In this document: positions 28,751-37,015 of the stretch, piece after piece
How the letters are laid out: every line of letters starts with the position of its first letter
Numbering within the stretch: position 1 is the first letter of the stretch
DNA from: Chloroflexota bacterium
GTDB lineage: Bacteria > Chloroflexota > Dehalococcoidia > UBA2247 > JAUWOP01
Direction of reading: 5' to 3'
Assembly: GCA_030612045.1 (NCBI GenBank)
Contig: JAUWOP010000003.1
Span: forward strand, 1 to 58,420
Length of the DNA: 58,420 bases
The notes under the pieces: generated by a model
The model's input: the letters and a program-made list of their open reading frames with translations, nothing else
The model's database searches: none
Told to the model about the DNA's origin: nothing
Position numbers and translations under genes: made by a program

Positions 28751-28797
28751 CTGTTCTGCGGCAGGGTAGTGAAGCCCAGCCAAAGAGCAGTTTTTTT
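28751..28797 (+). terminator. intrinsic terminator (expression platform candidate) upstream of the 649-aa gene
   Basis: CTGTTCT(GC)GGCAGGG-tagtgaag-CCCAGCC(AA)AGAGCAG followed by T7 (28791..28797). Lies 160 nt upstream of the ATG at 28957. Confidence 0.55.
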
Positions 28798-28956
28798 GTC
28801 TAAGAAGGGAGATTACTTTGGTGCTGTATGCCTCGGCAAAACTAAACAGCTTCTGTACGCCCATTCTACTTCATCTCGTGTAATATCACCATTATGCAAC
28901 CTTTTGGTGTCTTGGGATGGGACATACCAATTCAGAATGAAAATAAGGAGGGAAAA

Positions 28957-30906
28957 ATGGATAATAAAACTAAGAAAGCCTATCTGAGACCAGAGGATGT
29001 AGAACCGGCAAGAGCAAAAAGGGTATTGTCTTTCTTGAATACCGTTGCAGCAGATGAAATAGCGGATGCCATCGAGTTCCCAGGTGAGAGAGATGTGGGG
29101 ATTAAGGTTGCCCAGAATATTTTGGCTCGGCGGGTGCAATTAGGCGGATTCAAGAATCTAAGACAGGTTGCCGCTGTACCACAAGTCGGTTTAGAAAGGT
29201 TCACTGAGATTGTAAATGCCTTGGCGATAAGAAAGAAAATGGAGACCAGCTATACCATTGAGGGACAGATAAAAGTCATAGGTAAGATTGATTTTAGAAA
29301 GGAGAAGCTGGCAGTTCATGCCTTTGTGGGTGGTGTAGAGATGGCTTGTGCCGATGTGAATACAAAAGGGAGCTACAAATTGGCTTTTTACTATAAGGAC
29401 ACTCCATCGACTACCGAGCTTCGTGTGTTGCCAGCTAAGTTTTCCCACCGCTGTTCACAGACACTAACCCTAAGCAAAACCATCAGCCCTAGCCGCTATG
29501 TCTTAAAAGAGCGAACATATCGCGCCATCTATGACTTGCTCATCCCCCCTGACTACCTCACCCTCTGGGGAACAGTCACCACGAAATATCGCATGCATGG
29601 CACTGTCTGGGCTACCACCTTCAGTGGTGGTATACCCATATCCATAGAGCCACTACCCGCAGCCAAGATCGAGTTCCACGAGGTTGACGCCCTTATTTTT
29701 TGGCTGCTGGGTACTGAACCTGAACTAACCGAGGGCTATCTAGGATATGCCTATACTGCTCTCGATGGTAGCTATGATTTTGAGTTTGATTTCAGTTACA
29801 AGACAAGACCACCATGGATTTGGCTATGGCTGTTTACTGATAGGGTACCTGACATTCGAGCTCGAATCTCCCAGTTTATAGATGGCTTATGGCAGCAGGT
29901 TTACGAGGGTCCGGTGGATTGGAACATCGTGGAGGATTTTCACCGTGATTACTTCATCCCTGTGGAGGATACCATACCCATACCTGATGAGGGAGTTAAA
30001 CCTGATGAGGGATTTCGTTTTGTCAGTGTTGGACTCCTCCCTGTTGACGAAACCCGTATCCAACAAGGCTACGCCACGGCACAACCTGGCGATCCAGGAC
30101 GGATAGTGGGCATATCCCACCAACCCTTCTGCGGAACACTACGTATCTTTGGCCTCTTTGCTGAGGCTCCACCTGTGGCCAGCTATAAGGCCCAGATTGT
30201 AGATGCTGATGAGGATGGACCCACCAGTAGTAATTGGCAGGATATCACTGACCCCCTCCACAATCGCAAATGGAATAATGTGGAAAACTGCTGGGAGCAT
30301 ATGGTTCTTGGCCCTGACCCAGCAACAGGACGCTATCAGAACATTGATACCCAGGCCGAGGCTGACTGGCATGAGCACGCTCTCAAGATTACATGGAACA
30401 GCACTAATGAAGCTAATGGCTATTATGCTTTGCGTATTATAGGCTACGATGCGGATAATGCAGAGGTAGGCACATTTGAGATGCCCGTAGTGCGGGTGGA
30501 TAATGATGTGCCTGAAGCGAGCATCGAGGTTATGGGTTCAGTGACAGAGTGTGGCGCTCTGCAGTTGGGAGCAGATCGGAAAATTCAGTTTAAGGTTACA
30601 GCCCATGACCCGGAGGGACATGTTTTGAGGTACTGGCTAAGTGGCACACGAGGCAAAGGAGCTGGCTCAGCTGGCAATACTGTTCAGGAGTGGCGTCCTG
30701 ACCCACCTGGAGATGTATGGACCGGCGTGAAGAATCATATTGAGGATTTCACAGTGGCTGCTCTTACCGGGGACATAATAGGTTGTCCCTCAGTGGCCTA
30801 CAATTTCGAGCTTCATGTCTGGGGGTTGGCAACGGACTGCTATAATGTAACCCCCGGTTTGCAACGAATCAAAAGAGAGACCAATCTCATCGTATCAGAG
30901 CCGTAG
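28957..30906 (+). CDS. HhH-domain protein with large beta-rich body (649 aa), function unknown
   Basis: AAGGAGGG RBS 5 nt before the ATG at 28957 (the track ORF starts at 28894). ComEA-like helix-hairpin-helix LNTVAADEIADAIEFPG...VGIKVAQNILARR...LRQVAAVPQVGLERFTEIV (about 29026..29223). Then transthyretin/Ig-like-looking beta segments. No signal peptide. Confidence 0.7.
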   Translation: MDNKTKKAYLRPEDVEPARAKRVLSFLNTVAADEIADAIEFPGERDVGIKVAQNILARRVQLGGFKNLRQVAAVPQVGLERFTEIVNALAIRKKMETSYTIEGQIKVIGKIDFRKEKLAVHAFVGGVEMACADVNTKGSYKLAFYYKDTPSTTELRVLPAKFSHRCSQTLTLSKTISPSRYVLKERTYRAIYDLLIPPDYLTLWGTVTTKYRMHGTVWATTFSGGIPISIEPLPAAKIEFHEVDALIFWLLGTEPELTEGYLGYAYTALDGSYDFEFDFSYKTRPPWIWLWLFTDRVPDIRARISQFIDGLWQQVYEGPVDWNIVEDFHRDYFIPVEDTIPIPDEGVKPDEGFRFVSVGLLPVDETRIQQGYATAQPGDPGRIVGISHQPFCGTLRIFGLFAEAPPVASYKAQIVDADEDGPTSSNWQDITDPLHNRKWNNVENCWEHMVLGPDPATGRYQNIDTQAEADWHEHALKITWNSTNEANGYYALRIIGYDADNAEVGTFEMPVVRVDNDVPEASIEVMGSVTECGALQLGADRKIQFKVTAHDPEGHVLRYWLSGTRGKGAGSAGNTVQEWRPDPPGDVWTGVKNHIEDFTVAALTGDIIGCPSVAYNFELHVWGLATDCYNVTPGLQRIKRETNLIVSEP

Positions 30907-31056
30907 AGGAAGCTATTTAGTCTTATCACTGTAGTAATGGAGTTGCCAGATGAGGACATAGGATGGGTGAGAATATATTTAATGACTAAATTACAGAGAG
31001 TAGGAAAAGGAGGTGTTACCTAATCACATCAAATCTTCTCTAAGGAAGTGCAGGTT

Positions 31057-31416
31057 ATGTCTATTGATTGGGAAAATATTCGCTGCCTTGTGCTGAATGC
31101 AGTGCCCCCCGAGGAACTGCGAAGTTCCATTGTCTATTACGATGAACAGGTGCTGCCTGCAAATATGGAAATCGAGATTGATAAGCAGAAATTCATTATG
31201 CCCTGGGCAGGGGTCGTCGCTTTTGTTGACCTCGAGCCAAAGGTGAATTGGGGGCATGCTTGTCGCTATTTGTTTGTTAACATTGAAACTGGTGAAATCC
31301 GTGCCATGAAGGCTCGTTTCCCCCCATTTCTTCGTGGATATTCGGATACTCTGCGAGTAATCAAGCGCTATGGTGCATCTCCCCTTCACGACAGGGACTT
31401 CGATATCTACCGATGA
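31057..31416 (+). CDS. small protein with NWGHxCRY domain (paralog of the protease N-terminus)
   Basis: ATG 8 nt after AAGGAAG (the track ORF starts at GTG 31048). AGVVAFVDLEPKVNWGHACRYLFVNIETGEIRAMKARFPPFL aligns with residues 55-96 of ORF 31499..33763. Confidence 0.6.
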   Translation: MSIDWENIRCLVLNAVPPEELRSSIVYYDEQVLPANMEIEIDKQKFIMPWAGVVAFVDLEPKVNWGHACRYLFVNIETGEIRAMKARFPPFLRGYSDTLRVIKRYGASPLHDRDFDIYR

Positions 31417-31498
31417 CTAGTTCCCAAACTTTAGGATAATATTTGCTATTTAAGGTCTAGCAAAAGGATGCTGAAAATAACATTAAAGGAGGCTATTC

Positions 31499-33763
31499 AT
31501 GAAAATCAAAACTGACGTACTCGCTAAGATCAAAGAGCAATCGCTGAAGCAATTGAACGTCAATGAAGCTAAGAGAAGGAACATATACATCGATACTGAA
31601 CAACTGTCATCTGATGAAGTACTGGTCGCTGGTCACCAAAGAATTGAGTTGTCGAGGGATACAGCTTTGGTCTTTGAAGACCTTGCTCCACAATTCAATT
31701 GGGGTCACCCTTGCCGCTATATACTTCATGATTCTAATACTGGGGACCTCTATGACTCAGTGGATGCCGAATTTCCGCCAGATTTGAAGGAGCCGCGTGA
31801 ATCTCTGCAGGTATTTCACAAACCCGTGAAGCAAATCAACTGGATGAAAGAAAAAATCAAGAAGCCTGCTGTTACTGGCAGGCTTGCCAACGCATTGACC
31901 AACGCATTGGGCACAAGATATGCTGTGTTGTTCTCAGGAGCATCGAATAATCGCCATGTCAATGACATAGAATTTCTTTATCGGACGCTTGTGGATATCT
32001 ACGGATTCAACCCTGCCAATATATATATCCTCAATCACGATGGAACCGTAAATTATTGGGGAGTCCCGCACCCGGTTGTAAGCTGGCCAGGTGATAATAC
32101 AGCCTACCGTATGACAGTAAATGGACAGGGGACCAAGGCTGCTTTTGAGAACATTCTAGATGACCTCAGAACACGCCTGACACTCGACGATTTCCTCTTC
32201 ATTCATATGAATAATCATGGTGGACATGATGGCACACAGTCATATCTGTGCACTTACTCCGGCTCTGATTATCTGGCTTCGGATTTTGCTGCCAAGTTGG
32301 CTACTTTACCCAAATTCGCTACCTTGATGGTGATGCTGGAGCAGTGCCATTCTGGAGGCTTTATTAGTCCAATTATCAATAATACTCCTGCGCTTACCAC
32401 GCATGTGGCTGCAGCATGCCGAGAGGACCGTGGTTCCAAGGGGGGTGCTGACTTTGATCCATTCGCCCTTGACTGGATCGCTGCGGTGAATGGGGCATAT
32501 GCTGATGGGGCAGGTCTTCATCTCGTTGTTGATAGTAATAGCGATGGGCGAATCTCGGCAAGGGAAGCCTTTGACTATGCTAATGCTGACAAACATCCCT
32601 ACGACACGCCTGTCAGCGATGACAAGCCTGATGACTATGGAAATTACATTTTCCTGGGGCTACCTGCGCATGACCTTTATATTCGAGATAATCTGGATGA
32701 TACAGGTCAAGAGCCTCTACCAGCAGGTGGTATGTCAGCTAGTCCTGATGTCATTGTCTACAATCAGCAATTACTGGATCCCCAGGGTACGCTCGGAACA
32801 GCGGATGCTATGGCGCAAGCAGGACTGGGTGAACTTGTAGAGAAGGGGCAAGATAACTTCATCTATCTGCGCGTTCAGAATCGGGGCACGAGTGCTTGTG
32901 CTGGAACAGCAACCCTCTACTGGTGCCCAGTTTCCACCTTCCCCACGCCGGGTAGCTGGAATTTGATCAACTCTATACCAATGTCGATACCGTCTGTATC
33001 ACCCGGAGAGATTAAGATAGTTGGTCCCGTGGTCTGGCCACAGGAGCAAATTCCTGAAACTGGCCATTATTGCTTTGTTGCCCTGCTCAACAGTGGTGAT
33101 GACCCTGCTCCAGACCCATCAACTATCTCCTCCATTGATGATTTCTACAACTTCATTCGATTTAACAACAACGCCACCTGGAAAAATTTTAATGTTGTGG
33201 ACATGTTTGCGGGTACGGTAAACCAATTTGAGTTCCATATCCAAGGCTGGCCCCGAGTTGCCTACACATCAGACCTAGTAATTGATATCCGGGAGTTGCC
33301 GGCTCCGGTTGAAGTACACCTGCGCATTCTGAAGCGTTTGACCGAAGGTTCCACGCTTGCTGGATTAGAACTTGAGGAGGAATCGAGCTTATACCGACGT
33401 TATCTTGTTACTACCTCAGATAAAGCAACTGCTCAGAATATGCCGCTCAAACCGAGTGATGATTCTCAGGCAACCCTTGAATTCACCCTACCTGATGAGG
33501 CACCAGATGGTGCGTACTATGTCTCTGTTTCACAGCGCATTAGTGGTAAGGAGGTAGGGCGCGTTACACAAATGATTGTGGTTGGTAATCACCCGTTTAT
33601 TGCCAATCATAACTCTAGTAGTCGCGAATTGCATCGAAATGGCTGCATTTGGGCTGACAGGATAGCTCGGCATAATAAGGTTGCATATACCCAACTCGAA
33701 AGAGCAATAAAGCATGGCTATGATGGTTGCGCTTATTGCATGCCGGAGTTACATACGCGCTGA
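31499..33763 (+). CDS. legumain-like (peptidase C13, caspase fold) multidomain protein
   Basis: AAAGGAGG RBS. N-terminal NWGHPCRY domain. C13-like core RYAVLFSGASNNRHVNDIEFLYRTL...NIYIL, His in FIHMNNHGGHDG (32216), Cys in MVMLEQCHSGGF (32345). EF-hand loop DSNSDGRISARE (32531..32566). DLYIRDNLDDTGQEP...SPDVIV beta-sandwich region. C-terminal Ada-type LHRNGC...GYDGCAYCMPE. Confidence 0.7.
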   Translation: MKIKTDVLAKIKEQSLKQLNVNEAKRRNIYIDTEQLSSDEVLVAGHQRIELSRDTALVFEDLAPQFNWGHPCRYILHDSNTGDLYDSVDAEFPPDLKEPRESLQVFHKPVKQINWMKEKIKKPAVTGRLANALTNALGTRYAVLFSGASNNRHVNDIEFLYRTLVDIYGFNPANIYILNHDGTVNYWGVPHPVVSWPGDNTAYRMTVNGQGTKAAFENILDDLRTRLTLDDFLFIHMNNHGGHDGTQSYLCTYSGSDYLASDFAAKLATLPKFATLMVMLEQCHSGGFISPIINNTPALTTHVAAACREDRGSKGGADFDPFALDWIAAVNGAYADGAGLHLVVDSNSDGRISAREAFDYANADKHPYDTPVSDDKPDDYGNYIFLGLPAHDLYIRDNLDDTGQEPLPAGGMSASPDVIVYNQQLLDPQGTLGTADAMAQAGLGELVEKGQDNFIYLRVQNRGTSACAGTATLYWCPVSTFPTPGSWNLINSIPMSIPSVSPGEIKIVGPVVWPQEQIPETGHYCFVALLNSGDDPAPDPSTISSIDDFYNFIRFNNNATWKNFNVVDMFAGTVNQFEFHIQGWPRVAYTSDLVIDIRELPAPVEVHLRILKRLTEGSTLAGLELEEESSLYRRYLVTTSDKATAQNMPLKPSDDSQATLEFTLPDEAPDGAYYVSVSQRISGKEVGRVTQMIVVGNHPFIANHNSSSRELHRNGCIWADRIARHNKVAYTQLERAIKHGYDGCAYCMPELHTR

Positions 33764-34127
33764 CTTGGTCTGTTCGAAGCAAGACGGGAGGCAGTCCTAT
33801 ACCTAGAGCAGATTCTCAAGTACTAACAGTCAAGCATTCACTGAAAAGTGGTAACTATGGGTGAAACCTCAAATGGAGATGGGAATTATTGTTCATGTGT
33901 CGACCATTATTCACCCACTTTATTTACTGCTTGGCTCACTGGTGAAGCATGATAAGTATATAGGGTTACCTGCCGGCTCAATATTGCTCTGGAGGGATTT
34001 CTACAGATAGCGGCAACCTTGCTCTATTGTTTGTAGGCTTTTGTCATTCATGATTAATCGCATGTCCCAATCATAAACGAGCTGACTTAGTCCTTGAGGT
34101 TCATATTATGTTGGAAGAGACTTCAAG

Positions 34128-34156
34128 TTGATATATTTCATACCTTATGTTATAAT
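34128..34156 (+). promoter_or_regulatory. sigma-70-type promoter candidate for the AAA+/VWA pair
   Basis: TTGATA (34128..34133), 17-nt spacer, TATAAT (34151..34156), within a 455-bp AT-rich spacer. ATG at 34219. Confidence 0.45.
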
Positions 34157-34218
34157 ATCTTTGTAAATAGGTATTGGTTTCTCTTATTTATATATTTATA
34201 GTTGGGGGTAATAATTAG

Positions 34219-35064
34219 ATGTTGAAGCATAGTGAGCAACTAGAACTTCCTATAGCAGACCCTTATTTCTTTTTGCCGCGGATGGTTATCGATCACCTGG
34301 AAAGGATAGAAAAATTATCATCCAGACACCCTGTTAATGTATTGGTTACAGGAAAGCAGGGGTGTGGAAAGTCAACTCTGGTGCGACAGTTTGCAGCACA
34401 CTACAATCGCCCTATGAGTACCTTCCAGGTGGGACTCCTCTCTGAGCCGGGGCAGCTCTTCGGTGATGAGAGGCTCAGGAATGGCGAGACCTTTTATCAG
34501 GAGTTCTTGTTTCCTAAAGCTATTACTACACCCAAGTGTGTGATTCACCTTGAGGAAATAAACCGCCCTGAACATCCCAAAGCCCTCAACGAGCTTTATT
34601 CTGTCCTCTCTGAGGATAGGTCTATCTGGATAGATGAACTGGGATTAGTTAAGGTTGCCGAGGGAGTGGTTTTCTTTGCTAGCCTTAATGAGGGGGCAGA
34701 GTTTACCGGCTTAGACCCCCTAGATGCAGCACTCCAAGATAGATTCTATACAATTCAGATGGAGTACCTACCGTGGGAAGCCGAGAAGCAGGTTTTGATG
34801 CTGAAGGCTGGCGTTAGTGAGGAACAGGCAGATAATATTCTTCGAGTCGTCACAGCACTAAGGGAGAATCCTCAGCAGTCTGTAGCTGTATCCACCAGGC
34901 ATAGCTTAATGATTGCAGAATTGATGGCAGTAGGGGCAGGACTTAAAGAGTCTACTATCTTCAGCTTGCAGGTCAGCAAGGATGCACTGGAATCTGTTCT
35001 GGTATCTTTGCATTTTGAGTTAGGAGATTTTTCGGGAAGCAGTGATACATATGAGCTATTCTGA
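34219..35064 (+). CDS. MoxR/CobS-class AAA+ ATPase
   Basis: Walker A VTGKQGCGKST, Walker B-like VIHLEEINR (EE instead of DE), sensor-1 FFASLNEG, Arg finger AALQDRF. 281 aa, single AAA_5-type module. Confidence 0.85.
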   Translation: MLKHSEQLELPIADPYFFLPRMVIDHLERIEKLSSRHPVNVLVTGKQGCGKSTLVRQFAAHYNRPMSTFQVGLLSEPGQLFGDERLRNGETFYQEFLFPKAITTPKCVIHLEEINRPEHPKALNELYSVLSEDRSIWIDELGLVKVAEGVVFFASLNEGAEFTGLDPLDAALQDRFYTIQMEYLPWEAEKQVLMLKAGVSEEQADNILRVVTALRENPQQSVAVSTRHSLMIAELMAVGAGLKESTIFSLQVSKDALESVLVSLHFELGDFSGSSDTYELF

Positions 35065-36895
35065 TTATTGGAGAGTAAACAAGTCTTCTCTGGATTATAT
35101 AGAACTGGCTAATGTTATTCGGTCAGTGCGTAAGGTAATAGGGTGTATGAGAATAAATGCAGATGTAGTGTGGAGGGGAATGCCTACTGATACAGGCGTT
35201 ATGGTTGAGCTTCCATCCTATTTGGCGCAGGGGACATACCCCATCCCTGGTAAGACAATGGATGTAATCACAGGTTTTGCTATTCATAATGCGATGCACA
35301 TTAAGGAACATAGTCGGCAGGTGCGCAGGAATGTATCTTTACTGTTTCCTAAAATGGAGGATAAGAGGCTGTTCCATCTACTGGTAGATACGGGAGAAGA
35401 TATACATGTGGATGGAATTACTGCTATGGCAGGAATTACGGGGAAATATGTACAGCAGGCACGGGAGTGGTGGAATGAGAGAGCAGGGCTGGACTTTATA
35501 GGTCCCCCTCACCCTGAGAGATTACTTGGCTTGTGGGCACATATGATATTAGACATTATTTTTTCTACCATGACAGGAGACACTTTGACTTGTTTGGAAA
35601 AAGTGGTTAGCGTAAGTGCCTCGAAAAAGGAAAGCTCTGAGGGGATTGATATTGAGACGCTGATAGAAGCTCTCAGTAATAGTGGTGCCACAAAACTGTC
35701 TCTATATGGTGAGGTTTTAAGCATGTCAGAAGCTTACCTTGAGCCCCTTGGGCTTCTCCTATCTAAAACAGAGGAGATTGTAAATGGCGACTTTGCAAGT
35801 AGGATTCTCTGCTACACAGAGTTATGGAATAGGCTAGGAGCTACTTTTAGTGATTGGTTGGTTGATCTTGATGAAGCCAAATCATCTGAGGAATTGTTAA
35901 GTACACACCCTTATATCTTTGGAGGTGGGGGTCCTGGTGGTGAGTTACCAACTGATCTGGCAAATGCAGTGGAGGAAGCTCTTGCTAAAGAAGCAGAGGA
36001 CATCACTATCCAGATTGAAGCAGCTTTGAGCTCTCTGAAAGGAGGAAATGAGGCAAAATACTTGCTTTATCCAGCAGTGTGGGAGGTCTCCTGTGAGCCT
36101 AGTGAGGTACACCCAGACCAAGCACTTGTCCATAAACTTAGAAACATCCTGCGTGCTCAGAAAGAGGCTGCTACCAGAATGAATCGGGGATTGGTGAGCG
36201 GTAAGTTGGATGCCCAGAAGCTATACAGGGCATATACTACAGGGAGAACTTTCAAGAGGAAAGAATACTTCCCTATGTTAAATCAATGGACTATTGTAAT
36301 GCTTCTTGATGCTTCCGGCTCAATGGAGGGAAAGTGGGGTATGGTAGGAAGATGTTGCTCTGCTTTGGCAGAAGCCCTAGGAGAGTATAATACTGTGAGG
36401 GTATATGCCTACAGCCAGACATATAGAGAGACGATAAATATTTGCATACTTACGGATCTACTTCATGATGGTGGTCACCTGTGTACCATTACCCCTGGGG
36501 GTTGCACACCTACAGGGGAGGCTCTTATTGCTACTGCACTGAAGATGCCTCAGGGAAATAATAGAAGATTGATTCTGCATCTTACCGATGGATTATGGAA
36601 TTCAGGGGTAGATGTATGGTACGGTCTGGAATTTTGTGCTAAAAAGCAGATAGAGGTGATAACACTCGGATATGGTAGTTCCAGCAGGAGAGCATTTGAG
36701 CTACAATACGGAAATAATTTTGAGATGATAGACTCTTTGGAGGAGTTGCCACATGTAGTGGAGTCGCTGCTTCGTCGAAAGTTGTTAGGTTTCCCGAACT
36801 TGATGGATTTCCAACGTGTTATGGAACAAATTGGTGTGGCAGAGAGAGCGATTGAACTACCAGGTTTTACTATTGTTGGTGGTGCACAAGTATAA
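35042..36895 (+). CDS. VWA-domain partner of the AAA+ ATPase (CobT/NorD/CbbO-like architecture)
   Basis: 617 aa. C-terminal VWA with complete MIDAS (LLDASGSM, TPTGEAL, HLTDG). About 400-aa helical N-region with no motif recognised. Start (GTG 35042 or ATG 35051) overlaps the ATPase stop. Confidence 0.8.
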   Translation: MIHMSYSDYWRVNKSSLDYIELANVIRSVRKVIGCMRINADVVWRGMPTDTGVMVELPSYLAQGTYPIPGKTMDVITGFAIHNAMHIKEHSRQVRRNVSLLFPKMEDKRLFHLLVDTGEDIHVDGITAMAGITGKYVQQAREWWNERAGLDFIGPPHPERLLGLWAHMILDIIFSTMTGDTLTCLEKVVSVSASKKESSEGIDIETLIEALSNSGATKLSLYGEVLSMSEAYLEPLGLLLSKTEEIVNGDFASRILCYTELWNRLGATFSDWLVDLDEAKSSEELLSTHPYIFGGGGPGGELPTDLANAVEEALAKEAEDITIQIEAALSSLKGGNEAKYLLYPAVWEVSCEPSEVHPDQALVHKLRNILRAQKEAATRMNRGLVSGKLDAQKLYRAYTTGRTFKRKEYFPMLNQWTIVMLLDASGSMEGKWGMVGRCCSALAEALGEYNTVRVYAYSQTYRETINICILTDLLHDGGHLCTITPGGCTPTGEALIATALKMPQGNNRRLILHLTDGLWNSGVDVWYGLEFCAKKQIEVITLGYGSSSRRAFELQYGNNFEMIDSLEELPHVVESLLRRKLLGFPNLMDFQRVMEQIGVAERAIELPGFTIVGGAQV

Positions 36896-37015
36896 TGGTG
36901 AGCATGTATCCAGGTGGTATATCATTGAACTACCAGATTTTGTTATTATTGGTAGTATGGGAGCTGTGATACAGAACACGGAGAAAACCCATACCTCTCT
37001 CTGGAAACTTGAAAC

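Noticed and set aside
28894-28956. Upstream 21 codons of the 670-aa track ORF
   Set aside because: A strong AAGGAGGG RBS sits 5 nt before the internal ATG at 28957, and nothing comparable precedes 28894.
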